Source: a virus (Duplodnaviria > Caudoviricetes). Taken from it: a stretch of 25,090 nt of DNA. Under the pieces are notes generated by a model that saw only the letters and a list, made by a program, of their open reading frames with translations, was not told where the DNA came from and searched no databases. Positions within the stretch are counted from its first letter, which is position 1. The number at the start of each line of letters is the position of its first letter. The translations under genes and the position numbers were made by a program. The DNA lies in the IMG/VR virus record IMGVR_UViG_3300028145_000047, positions 1 through 25,090 of that record; one strand, written 5' to 3'. Positions 6,825 through 15,249 of this stretch are shown here, one piece after another.

Positions 6825-8902
6825 TATAGTCTCCCATATATTCTGACAGTGCCGCTGGTGATATTCCCGCTATTGAACAGTACCTGAAAACCATCGATAG
6901 CGCCATTGCCGCCGTTCCAATATCCGCCGTAGGTAGCGACGAATGCGTTCGTCGCATTCGTCGAAACCATGACACCTGACCACATTTTCGGGGCCGTCGT
7001 CTGCGACGGCTTGTTGACCCGCACATATCCATTCAGGCCGGGAGCAGCATTCGAGACTGATGCTGCACTGGATATCGAAATGAACGTCGTCGTGTTGTTG
7101 ACCGCCGTTACTGTTGCTGCCGCTAAATTTGTTGCGATGTACGAAGTCGCAGGGAAGGTACCACCGCTATGAACCTGCAACTCGAACGTGGTGGCGTTGG
7201 TCGCCGGGATGATATCTTCGAACTCGATATTGTACTCGTCGAATGCTGCGGTCAGACTCGTCGTGTCAGACAATGTAGCCGAATTGCTGGCTGTGAGCGT
7301 GTTGAGCAGCACATATCCGCCATCAGCGCCAGGCTGATGCGGGCACAGATAATTCGTGCCATCTGATACGATTTTGAGAGTCTGCCCCGGATAGATCTTG
7401 ACCGAACTCCCACCGCAGATAGTTGACGTCGTCGGCGTGACCGTAACTATCGCTGCTGGCTGTGTTGTCGGCTGGATATTGCGAATTTCTGTGAACCAGC
7501 CGGCGAAGAATGCGCTCGCTGTGCTGGCTTGTGCGATCGTGTAGGCTTGAGCTGCCGTGTTGCTGGCGGTGACGAGCTTCCCTCGATCGCCGTCAGCGAT
7601 GGCATAGCTCGTTCCTACTTGCGCATTGACGCACTCTGCCGCCGATAGCGTCGTCTGGCCTGCGGTCTGGGAGCAGTTCGCGGTCGTGGACGAAACTAAT
7701 CCTGCGCCTGGCGTCGTGACCGTTCCAGAGCCTGCGGAAACCCATGAAGTGACGCCAGTGCCATCGGTTTGGAGAATGTTGGTATTCGACCCATTGGTGG
7801 CCGGCAGTTGAAAGATCGTGCTCGTACCGGCCGCAGCAGCCACACGCACCGCAGCACTGCCCGACGTCGATCCGTTGAGAGTGATCTGGCCGCCGGTGCC
7901 TCCGTTCGCTCCCAGCGTCGGCGTAGCGGTCGCCGCGATCGTATTAGCCGAAGCGGAGCCGAGCACGGTGCCTGCTGCCGTTGTCGCAGGATAAGTGGCC
8001 GTCGACCACGAAGGCGTCGTAGATGAGCCAGAAAGCGGAATCTGATTTGCCGTCGCGGTGCCAGCGAGGATCGCAAGTGCAGATGCGGTCGAATAGACCA
8101 GTCCGCCATTGCTTGCAGCGGCAGGGTATCCTACGGCCGCCCAAGATGGAGTTACCGAGGCGCCGGACAGAAGCGGCACGGACGCTGTCGCTGTCCCGGC
8201 AAGAATGTTCAACTTCGATGCGTCGGACCAAACGATGCCGCCAGCCGATGCCGTCAGGTTGGCGTTCGTGCCGCCATTCGCCAAGGGCACAAGACCGGAG
8301 AGGGTCGACAGAGTGAAACTGAGTGTGAACCCGGCTCCCGTGCCGCCGCCCGTAAGCGTCCCCACTGTCGTCAATGATGACGTGACAACGTTCGATGCCA
8401 GCGTCGTTCCTGTCACCGTACCGGCTGGAGCGATGACGACATTCGTCCCCGCCAGCGTAAGTTGGCCTTGCTGGTTGACCGTGAAATTCGGAATCGCTGT
8501 CGATGAACCGTAAGATGCCGGCGTTACCGCGGTGTTCGTGATGTTGAGATTGCCGGCGCCACTCGAAAGACCTGTCCCGATATTGAGCGGGAAGATCGTG
8601 CCAGGCGAAACGCTGTTGAGTTTCGTGCAAGTCAGGACGCCTAGATTTATGATCGTGCAATCACCCGAGATCGCAACTCCCGTAGCAACATTCAAGCTGT
8701 TGCCGACATAGACGAACTGATTCGTCAGCGGCAGGCCGGCGGCAATGCTGTTGCCAACAAATGCGGTCGATGCGCAGCGGTTCGAGCTATCGCCCGTCGG
8801 GGCGGTCGGGCAAATCGAATTTTGGGCATAGGTCGGCGCCCAGAGCAGCGCCAGAGCAAGGAGAGCGGCCTTAGCCGTAAAGAGACAGCGCAGTAAGCGC
8901 AT
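6824..8902 (-). CDS. Fibre/adhesin-like protein with Sec signal peptide (~692 aa)
   Basis: Start MRLLRCLFTAKAALLALALLWAPTYA|Q behind GGGGA; Thr/Ser/Gly/Ala-rich; fibre-type motifs (VPLANGGTNA, LQTDGTGVTSW, SDGTNY, SGNITSGTVRIYG); tandem ~45 aa internal repeat. Confidence 0.75.
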   Translation of the reverse strand: MRLLRCLFTAKAALLALALLWAPTYAQNSICPTAPTGDSSNRCASTAFVGNSIAAGLPLTNQFVYVGNSLNVATGVAISGDCTIINLGVLTCTKLNSVSPGTIFPLNIGTGLSSGAGNLNITNTAVTPASYGSSTAIPNFTVNQQGQLTLAGTNVVIAPAGTVTGTTLASNVVTSSLTTVGTLTGGGTGAGFTLSFTLSTLSGLVPLANGGTNANLTASAGGIVWSDASKLNILAGTATASVPLLSGASVTPSWAAVGYPAAASNGGLVYSTASALAILAGTATANQIPLSGSSTTPSWSTATYPATTAAGTVLGSASANTIAATATPTLGANGGTGGQITLNGSTSGSAAVRVAAAAGTSTIFQLPATNGSNTNILQTDGTGVTSWVSAGSGTVTTPGAGLVSSTTANCSQTAGQTTLSAAECVNAQVGTSYAIADGDRGKLVTASNTAAQAYTIAQASTASAFFAGWFTEIRNIQPTTQPAAIVTVTPTTSTICGGSSVKIYPGQTLKIVSDGTNYLCPHQPGADGGYVLLNTLTASNSATLSDTTSLTAAFDEYNIEFEDIIPATNATTFELQVHSGGTFPATSYIATNLAAATVTAVNNTTTFISISSAASVSNAAPGLNGYVRVNKPSQTTAPKMWSGVMVSTNATNAFVATYGGYWNGGNGAIDGFQVLFNSGNITSGTVRIYGRL

Positions 8903-9554
8903 TGGCATTCCCCGATTGAGCCGCGCCGTTCCATGCGCAATTGATCTTGACGTAGTCGTTCCCCAAGATGGTCTTGGTATCGCCCGGAAGCACGATGATC
9001 GAACCGGCCCCGATCGATGCCCCGAGGTTCGACGGGCAGACCCCGATCTGCACCGCCCCCGGATTATGGAATTGCACGCCCATCCGGTTCGGATCGGCCG
9101 CAAGGATCTGCTGCGATCCGGTCCCGAGCGTCAGCGTCTCCGCGGAAACAGGCGATGCGATCGAGTTCTGCATCAAGGTCCGGATCGTCTGCCGCACCTG
9201 GGGAGCGCCCGGCGTGTTCGGAGTGAACGAGAGCACGGTCAAGAGCCCGTCGGTGTTGTCGTCGGTCACCGCCTGCCAAGCCACATTGATGTTGAAGTGC
9301 GAGCCCTGATCCTGCAGCAACTTGTACTCGGATTGCGGGTAGATCACGATGCCGCCGGTGCCGCCGACCAGCGCCTGACCCACGGGAAGTATCCGCTTCG
9401 GCTTGCTGCCCGGGTTGTGGAAAATCACGCCTTTGCACGCCGGATCGGCCGCCAGCACGGTCTGGGCTACCGTCGTCAATCCGGTGACAGCGATCGAATA
9501 CGGCCCGAGGATCGGGTAATCACTCCATGAAATGCCAGAGGTGACGCCCATCAC
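8871..9554 (-). CDS. Two-repeat beta-domain putative virion decoration protein
   Basis: Internal duplication: VLAADPACKGVIFHNPG...GGIVIYP...INVAW versus ILAADPNRMGVQFHNPG...GSIIVLP...INCAW. Confidence 0.7.
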   Translation of the reverse strand: MMGVTSGISWSDYPILGPYSIAVTGLTTVAQTVLAADPACKGVIFHNPGSKPKRILPVGQALVGGTGGIVIYPQSEYKLLQDQGSHFNINVAWQAVTDDNTDGLLTVLSFTPNTPGAPQVRQTIRTLMQNSIASPVSAETLTLGTGSQQILAADPNRMGVQFHNPGAVQIGVCPSNLGASIGAGSIIVLPGDTKTILGNDYVKINCAWNGAAQSGNANALTALSLYG

Positions 9555-11383
9555 GCATTCCCTTGTGTCGGCATGCCGGTCAGCGCTCCCAGCGCGGTAC
9601 CCGGCGCAAGCTTGGTATCGGCGAGGGTCTTAGCCGCGCTCACCGCCGCCATCGCCTGCTGTGGCGCCTGGGCTTGCTGTGAGCCCTGCTCGCGCGCCTG
9701 ATCATGCTTGATGACTTCCTGCTCGGTGAAGAAGCATTCGGCCGGGAAGTTGGCAAGCTCGCCGTATTTGCGCGCCGCCTTGTCGAGATCGATGACCCGG
9801 ATCGGATCGGGCACACCGGCGGCCTTCGCCGCGCTGGAGAGTTCGCCCATCGTCCCGAACACATCCTTCATCGCCACCGTCTCGGCCGAACGCTGCGCCA
9901 ACTTCATGATCGACATATAGTTGATTTTGAGGGGCACATTCTGCAATGACCGCGGCTTGGGCTTGAGCATCCGGCGGTTTTCGAGGATCTCGAGCACGCG
10001 CTGGATCGCGGGGCCAGCAAACTCCGTCTCGAACAGCTCAATGAACGGTCCCAACGACTGAAGCCGCTCAAGGTCGCGCTTGGTCAGTTCGAGCTCGTTC
10101 CGAGGCTGGACACCCTCCATCCGCGAAATCGCCATGAACAGGTCGACGAACAGGCACTTCTCAATCCGCTGGGAGACTTCCTTGATGTCGGCGGCGAGCC
10201 CGGTCAACCAAGCCGGCGCGACCTCGAACAGCGGCCAGAAGCCCTTTTTCCCGCCGTCGGTCGACATATAGGTCGTATGCCCTGGTAGGATGGAATTTGG
10301 CTCATTCTTCAGTTCCGGGTTGGCACCCATCGGCGGCCGCACGCCCTTCTCAATGAACTCGGCCTTCCGCACCGTCTCGAGCTGGAGCTGCTTGTCGTCG
10401 CCCAGGGCATCCATGCACGGCGACCGGCCGTAGGGCTCGTTCGACACCATCGCCCAACGCGCGCACATAAACGGCTTCATCCGGAAGCCGCGGCGCGACA
10501 ACGGCTCAGGCGTCTTGATTCCCTTCAGCCAATAAACCTCGCGATAGGGGAAAATGCCGGGAACGACCGTGACCGTCGCTTTGCGCTGGCCCTTCTTCGC
10601 GATATCGAAATTCGGCTCAATCGCGTGGCAGACGACATACTCGGTATCGAGATTATTCGCCTGCCAATGGTCTTGAATCTGCTTCGGACATTTCTCCAAG
10701 GTGGCAAATTCAACGATCTGCTGCACCGTGAACGTAAACTCTCGATAAAGGGTATCGATCGACAGCCGCGCGCCGGCCGCCAGGAACGCCTCGCCAGCAC
10801 ACGGCAAGTAGCAGCGGATGACGTCCTCGAAATCCTCGTAGATGATGACCGGCGCCGTTCCGAACACGACCACGTCTTGAAACGCCTGAGCCATGATCGT
10901 GTAGAAATTCGACTGTCCGAGCACCGTGTAAACGCGCGCCTCGGTGTCCTCCAGCCATTCCTTGCCGTCGGCGTCGAGTTCAACCCACGGCAGCGCCTTG
11001 TCGAGCTTGAACCACGGCCGCGATGGGCTCGTGAGACCCGTCCACATTCCCGATGCGCAGGTCTGGACCGCGAGCGTGCCGGTCGAATCGATGATCCTGT
11101 CGTTGATGGGGTTGCCGCGGGCCATTCGATTGGCAACCACGAGCCAGTGATAACGGCGGGGAAGGAAGAACTCGGCCAGGCGGGACCAATGGGCCCACCA
11201 CGAATAGCGCCACGTCCGCAGCACGCCGAGCCGGGCCTCGAGGTATAGGTAGATTGTGATCCACCACTCGGCGTCGGGCTGGAGCTTCTCGGGCGACGTC
11301 GCCGGCTGCTGTGAAAGCAGAGAGGCGCTCATGTCCATGTATGGAGCGGTGGCGGCTTGGGCGACGGAGAGGGCTTCCGCCAT
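9551..11383 (-). CDS. Portal protein (T7-like head-tail connector family, Bbp21-like)
   Basis: 610 aa; IIDSTG, GLTSPSRPWFKL, VVFGTAP, PYGRSPCMDALGD and FVDLF motifs; Gln/Ala-rich C-terminus. Confidence 0.93.
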   Translation of the reverse strand: MAEALSVAQAATAPYMDMSASLLSQQPATSPEKLQPDAEWWITIYLYLEARLGVLRTWRYSWWAHWSRLAEFFLPRRYHWLVVANRMARGNPINDRIIDSTGTLAVQTCASGMWTGLTSPSRPWFKLDKALPWVELDADGKEWLEDTEARVYTVLGQSNFYTIMAQAFQDVVVFGTAPVIIYEDFEDVIRCYLPCAGEAFLAAGARLSIDTLYREFTFTVQQIVEFATLEKCPKQIQDHWQANNLDTEYVVCHAIEPNFDIAKKGQRKATVTVVPGIFPYREVYWLKGIKTPEPLSRRGFRMKPFMCARWAMVSNEPYGRSPCMDALGDDKQLQLETVRKAEFIEKGVRPPMGANPELKNEPNSILPGHTTYMSTDGGKKGFWPLFEVAPAWLTGLAADIKEVSQRIEKCLFVDLFMAISRMEGVQPRNELELTKRDLERLQSLGPFIELFETEFAGPAIQRVLEILENRRMLKPKPRSLQNVPLKINYMSIMKLAQRSAETVAMKDVFGTMGELSSAAKAAGVPDPIRVIDLDKAARKYGELANFPAECFFTEQEVIKHDQAREQGSQQAQAPQQAMAAVSAAKTLADTKLAPGTALGALTGMPTQGNA

Positions 11384-11386
11384 CGA

Positions 11387-11623
11387 CTAGCTCCCGAACA
11401 GGCTTTTCCCGCCCGACGTTGTCGATGGTTCCGGGGCGCCCTGGGGCGAACTCTTGACGGTCCCGCCCGAGGCTGCTGCGGCCGCGCGCGCCGCGGCGCC
11501 GGCGGCCTGTACCGATCCGCTGGCCATCAGGGGCGGGCTCGGAGGCGGCGGGGGTGGCGGTGGGGGAGCGGCGGCCGCGCCGGCTGGCGCAGAGACATTT
11601 ACAGACGGCGTCAGGAAGGACAT
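11387..11623 (-). CDS. Small Pro/Ala-rich virion protein upstream of portal
   Basis: MSFLTPSV...PPPPPPPPP...GKSLFGS; low-complexity proteins ending in K-S/T-L-L/F-G commonly precede the portal in podoviruses. Confidence 0.7.
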   Translation of the reverse strand: MSFLTPSVNVSAPAGAAAAPPPPPPPPPSPPLMASGSVQAAGAAARAAAAASGGTVKSSPQGAPEPSTTSGGKSLFGS

Positions 11624-11630
11624 GAGCGGC

Positions 11631-11999
11631 TCACGGGTTGGCGTGAACGGAGACGATCTGGCCAGCCACGACGCCGAAATATTCGATGGTCTTGGCCGGG
11701 AGGTAGGCGTTTGTCGCTGCGGCGGTCTGGGGGCTGGCGCCGAACAGGAGGGAGCAATCCGAATCACTCACCACGCGAATGTATTTGGTCGTGGCGGCAA
11801 AGGCTGCGGAGGAGGCCGCGCCTCCGCTGTAATCGACCACGGCTTGGTCGGTGCATGGCTGGGACGCGAAAACGGCTACCGTCGTGCCGATCTGGGGGAG
11901 ATTCTTGCACTCCGAGATGTAGAGTTTTGATGCGGCCTCGGCCGGCACCGCAAGGAAGAATGCCGCTATGATCGCGGCCGCACCCCAGATTTTGCGCAT
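11631..11999 (-). CDS. Signal-peptide-bearing putative virion accessory protein
   Basis: MRKIWGAAAIIAAFFLAVPAEA|A leader; beta-rich body (TKYIRVVSD, YLPAKTIEYFGV); GAGGG RBS. Confidence 0.75.
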   Translation of the reverse strand: MRKIWGAAAIIAAFFLAVPAEAASKLYISECKNLPQIGTTVAVFASQPCTDQAVVDYSGGAASSAAFAATTKYIRVVSDSDCSLLFGASPQTAAATNAYLPAKTIEYFGVVAGQIVSVHANP

Positions 12000-12031
12000 T
12001 TACCGCCCTCGTGTCCATATTTGCGCTGTAC

Positions 12032-12060
12032 GTTGTAGGGCCTCGGTGCGGAAATGTCTA
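12032..12060 (-). promoter_or_regulatory. Possible promoter of the portal operon
   Basis: TAGACA (12060-12055), 17 bp spacer, TACAAC (12037-12032), just downstream of a terminator. Confidence 0.3.
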
Positions 12061-12079
12061 GGGATTGGGGTTCCCTATC

Positions 12080-12114
12080 AAAACAGAACGCCGCCACCCT
12101 TGCGGATAGCGGCG
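12080..12114 (-). terminator. Intrinsic terminator
   Basis: CGCCGCTATCC-GCAA-GGGTGGCGGCG 11 bp stem (two G-U pairs that form only on the minus strand) followed by TTCTGTTTT. Confidence 0.7.
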
Positions 12115-12395
12115 AACCGGGCCCCGGCCTCCTCGCCGGCTATGCAACCTCTCGCGAGGGAGGGATTCGAACCCTATTGCTCACTTGATCTCGGCCAGCG
12201 AGCGGGAACTGCCCCCGCCACTCTCTGAATTTGTGGAGCCTAAATCTGCATCGCGACACATGGCAGTCTCGCTCGGTCGGAACCGATACCATTCAGTCGT
12301 CATGCAGTGGTGGGGAAAGGCCCCCTGTGAATCCACAGCCACCGTTTATCTGCCTACCCACGGGCGCAAGACGCCTCCCGCCTCTCAACAGCATG
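12080..12395 (-). ncRNA. Candidate structured ncRNA (~310 nt), family not recognised
   Basis: No minus-strand ORF of 60 aa or more; flanked by a promoter-like element and a terminator; nested stems, two 7 nt T-loop-like hairpins and GNRA tetraloops. Confidence 0.55.
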
Positions 12396-12400
12396 CGCGA

Positions 12401-12428
12401 ACTATAATCAAAAAAAATGCCGGGGCAA
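12401..12428 (-). promoter_or_regulatory. Putative sigma70 promoter overlapping the upstream terminator
   Basis: TTGCCC (12428-12423), 16 bp spacer, TATAGT (12406-12401). Confidence 0.45.
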
Positions 12429-12436
12429 GCCCGGCA
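12410..12436 (-). terminator. Intrinsic terminator of the terminase operon
   Basis: TGCCGGG-CTTGC-CCCGGCA followed by T8 on the minus strand. Confidence 0.85.
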
Positions 12437-12517
12437 GTTTGTCCCGAAAAGAGCAGGCGACGTATGCGGCAGCAGACAGCTTTATCCCATGGGGTAGGCC
12501 GCATCAACGAATCGACG

Positions 12518-12826
12518 CTATTCGATCAGCGTATAGCCGTCAAGGAACGCCTTGCGCGGCGAGAATGACTCGTAGCCGTCATCGTAGACGACATAGAAGC
12601 CGCCGACTTGCGGATTATGTTTGCGGCAGTAGTCTTCATCGACTCTGAATGGCGCATAGCCATGCTCGACTGGTGTGATAATGCACGATCCCGCAGCCCC
12701 GCGCGGCGCTGAACCATCCGGCTCGATAGCCTTGATCTCCAGTGCCCAGACCTTCTTGTGGCAGGCGTAACGCGGCATTTCCATCTGCGGCGCCGGCGCA
12801 CCGGCATCATCAATAGCGTCGTGCAT
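12518..12826 (-). CDS. Conserved phage protein (CHKKVWA...GGFYVVYDDGYESFSP family)
   Basis: Motifs MPRYACHKKVWAL and GGFYVVYDDGYESFSPRKAFLDGY recur in small phage proteins; GAGGAAAGG RBS. Confidence 0.8.
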   Translation of the reverse strand: MHDAIDDAGAPAPQMEMPRYACHKKVWALEIKAIEPDGSAPRGAAGSCIITPVEHGYAPFRVDEDYCRKHNPQVGGFYVVYDDGYESFSPRKAFLDGYTLIE

Positions 12827-12846
12827 AATTCAACCTTTCCTCATTG

Positions 12847-14328
12847 TTATCGATACGGATTGTAGGATTCGTCGACGGCCGCCGCAATGCTGTTCGGCTC
12901 CGCAAACGGGTTGTAGTCGGCCTGCCTTTGCATTGTGCGCCGCGGCTTGTTCTTCGGCATCACGGGCTCTGCGAAGGTCTGGACGAATGAATCAGCCTCG
13001 TCGAGCCCGCCGCTGGCCGCCGCGCCCTGGATCCGCGCCTTGATCATCTCTTTTGGCTCAAGCAGCAGCCGGTTGCCTTTGATCGTGTACGTGGTCTGCG
13101 TCAATGCAGCCAGCAGCCCTGGGCTTTCCGCGAGCGCGCCGCCGCGCTTGATCCAGTCGACCGCGTCGAAATACATCTCCGTGCGCTTATTGTAGTACCG
13201 ATCTTTCTCGTGGGCCTCGCCAGCGTACTGAACGCCGAACGGCGACTTGCCGAGCTGGATAAGCTGGTCGATCCAGCCCGCGCCGAACCCACCGGTGGCG
13301 TCAACGAAGCACGCATCTGCGCCCCAATCGTCCCAAATGCGCGCCACGCGGCCCGCGCCCTGCACGCTGTTCACGTTCCGCAGCAAATCGGGCTTGAACG
13401 CCTGCAGCCCTTGCCGGCGGAAGATCGAGCTCGCGTCGTCGCCGTACCGCGCCACGTCGATGCCGAGCACCCGCGGCGCGCCGCTGATGTCATATTCGGT
13501 ATAGACCCGCTTGAATGCGGCCTCGACCTCGTCGGGCCCGATCAGCGAGTTGATGTTGCTCGGCGGAAACTGCCCGAAGATCCTGACCAGCACCCACGGA
13601 TTGTCCCGGCCGTACTGCTTGATCTGCTCCTCGGCGACCTCGACCGACACGCGCGGTGTCCGGTTCGGGTCGGCCGGATCCGCCGTGATCGTGATCACCT
13701 TCCAGATGTCGCGGGCGATCGTGCATGCGCGGTAGAGCGGGCCGCCGAGCTTGGTCGGGTTACCAGCTTGGACGATATGCGCCTCCTCGGGTGCACCGGA
13801 GAATATGCCCTCGCAGACCGGCATGATCGATTCGGGGTAATCTCCGGTCTCATCGAGCAGCCACATGACATGCTTGGCGTGCAGCCCGGCCAGCGCGTTA
13901 CCGATCTGGGTGTTGTCCGCGTCCTTCGGCCAAGTGCGGCCCTCGAGCGACCACGTCTCTGGGAACTGCCGGCAGTAGATCAGGGATTTTGTGAACTCGA
14001 ACTGAGATCGAAGCAGGTCGCTCGTATGATACCAGCGCGCGAGCTCGGCCCAGAGATTGGACTTGAGGTTTGCCCCGCTGATAGATGTCGCGCCGATCTT
14101 CGGGTGAGGCCGCGTCAGCAGGAAGTTCCACCCCAGCCACGCGAGGACGGCTGTCTTGCCCGGGCCCGCGCACGCCTTCATCGCAATGCGGCGGCTCGTC
14201 GGGAACGATTCGAGCGCGTCCTCTTGCCACCGGTCGGGCTCGGTCTTGAACAACTCGCGGACCATGGTGGCGGGGGATGCCCGCCACCGTCGAATATTGT
14301 TGGCCGCTATGGTGTTGGGGTCGGTCAC
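12847..14328 (-). CDS. terL: Terminase large subunit
   Basis: Adenine-binding WQ, Walker A ACAGPGKT, Walker B WLLDE, coupling motif GNP, nuclease motifs LGIDVARYGDD and DEADS. Confidence 0.93.
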   Translation of the reverse strand: MTDPNTIAANNIRRWRASPATMVRELFKTEPDRWQEDALESFPTSRRIAMKACAGPGKTAVLAWLGWNFLLTRPHPKIGATSISGANLKSNLWAELARWYHTSDLLRSQFEFTKSLIYCRQFPETWSLEGRTWPKDADNTQIGNALAGLHAKHVMWLLDETGDYPESIMPVCEGIFSGAPEEAHIVQAGNPTKLGGPLYRACTIARDIWKVITITADPADPNRTPRVSVEVAEEQIKQYGRDNPWVLVRIFGQFPPSNINSLIGPDEVEAAFKRVYTEYDISGAPRVLGIDVARYGDDASSIFRRQGLQAFKPDLLRNVNSVQGAGRVARIWDDWGADACFVDATGGFGAGWIDQLIQLGKSPFGVQYAGEAHEKDRYYNKRTEMYFDAVDWIKRGGALAESPGLLAALTQTTYTIKGNRLLLEPKEMIKARIQGAAASGGLDEADSFVQTFAEPVMPKNKPRRTMQRQADYNPFAEPNSIAAAVDESYNPYR

Positions 14329-14718
14329 TCAGATCAACGGGCCACTGGCGCTGGCCATTTCGTAGCTCGCCGCGAAGATGTCAGGTTTGCAGGGAAATAT
14401 CATCCCGTTTCGATCATGAACAATCCAGTCCCCAGGCGTAGCGAGGGCTACGACGCCTGACATCGGCCCATTGAATCCAATGAACAGGACGTCTCCGTAT
14501 CGTCGGATCTGTCCAGGTTCAACGGCCTCTCGCGTCGCCGACTCCGTCTCAAGCGGTGGCATGCATTTCGGTAGCCATGGCGGGAACTCTAAATAGACAT
14601 TTGGATCTCTCGGCTGCGAAAGGTCCACGGGCAGGTTTGTCACGCCAATCGTGTGCCCATTCCAAACGACAGCCTCAACCACATCTTTAATAGTCGGCTT
14701 CTTTCGGAACTTCGGCAT
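14329..14718 (-). CDS. Conserved phage protein (RKKP...GDWI...PCKPDIF family)
   Basis: MPKFRKKP...VEAVVWNG and PGDWIV...IFPCKPDIFAASYE; AAGGAG RBS. Confidence 0.8.
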   Translation of the reverse strand: MPKFRKKPTIKDVVEAVVWNGHTIGVTNLPVDLSQPRDPNVYLEFPPWLPKCMPPLETESATREAVEPGQIRRYGDVLFIGFNGPMSGVVALATPGDWIVHDRNGMIFPCKPDIFAASYEMASASGPLI

Positions 14719-14757
14719 CTCATTCTCCTTGTGATGCGCCGAGCCGCGGCGCGCGGG

Positions 14758-15123
14758 TTAGATGTGCTCCCCGAGATTTTTCTTCAGCTCGCGCAATTCA
14801 GCGTTCGCTTTGTCAAGATCGCGCGGCAGTGAATACGCCCACGACACGCTAACACGGCATATTGGTGTGGGGATCGGGAATAGGCCATCGCGCCAGATCC
14901 AGAGGAAATACCTTCTGCTGTTGAACGGCCGGAATTTCTTTCCGCAAATGGAGCGCTCCTCGCCCGGCTTCGGGTGCCGCCACTGGATGCTCTGTAACTG
15001 AGCACCGAACCCTCCGATCCATGTGTAAAGGCGACCGCTAAGCCAATAGAATCGCCCATCGAAGTACGGCGTTCCAAGCCCGTGGCCATTGCCGAAGATA
15101 CGATGATCAAGCCAGAAGATCAT
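14758..15123 (-). CDS. Hypothetical protein (121 aa, Trp/Arg-rich)
   Basis: Start lies within a repeated junction motif; tightly packed in the operon. Confidence 0.6.
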   Translation of the reverse strand: MIFWLDHRIFGNGHGLGTPYFDGRFYWLSGRLYTWIGGFGAQLQSIQWRHPKPGEERSICGKKFRPFNSRRYFLWIWRDGLFPIPTPICRVSVSWAYSLPRDLDKANAELRELKKNLGEHI

Positions 15124-15132
15124 GCGCTGCCC

Positions 15133-15249
15133 CTATCGCCCTGTAATGAACGTGACGTGCCGCGGTGCCGGCCGCACCCATACGTCATTCGCAACCAGCA
15201 GCGCCACAACCATGAGGCCGACCGCGAATAGCCATAGGTCTGATCTCAT
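15133..15249 (-). CDS. Small membrane peptide (38 aa)
   Basis: Manually translated MRSDLWLFAVGLMVVALLVANDVWVRPAPRHVTFITGR; ATGA coupling. Confidence 0.55.
   Translation of the reverse strand: MRSDLWLFAVGLMVVALLVANDVWVRPAPRHVTFITGR

Noticed and set aside
8903-9103. Upstream extension of the fibre ORF
   Set aside because: Overlaps the preceding gene with Arg/Ser-rich off-frame composition; the RBS and signal peptide support a start at 8902.
12140-12230. Second tRNA or a tmRNA gene
   Set aside because: T-arm-like hairpins are present, but there is no acceptor stem, anticodon arm, CCA end or tag reading frame. Treated as part of a candidate ncRNA.
13210-14460. Long plus-strand ORFs antisense to terL, and similar ones opposite MCP, scaffold, portal and recT
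   Set aside because: Shadow ORFs expected from high-GC codon bias; no RBS or motifs, and they overlap well-supported genes.
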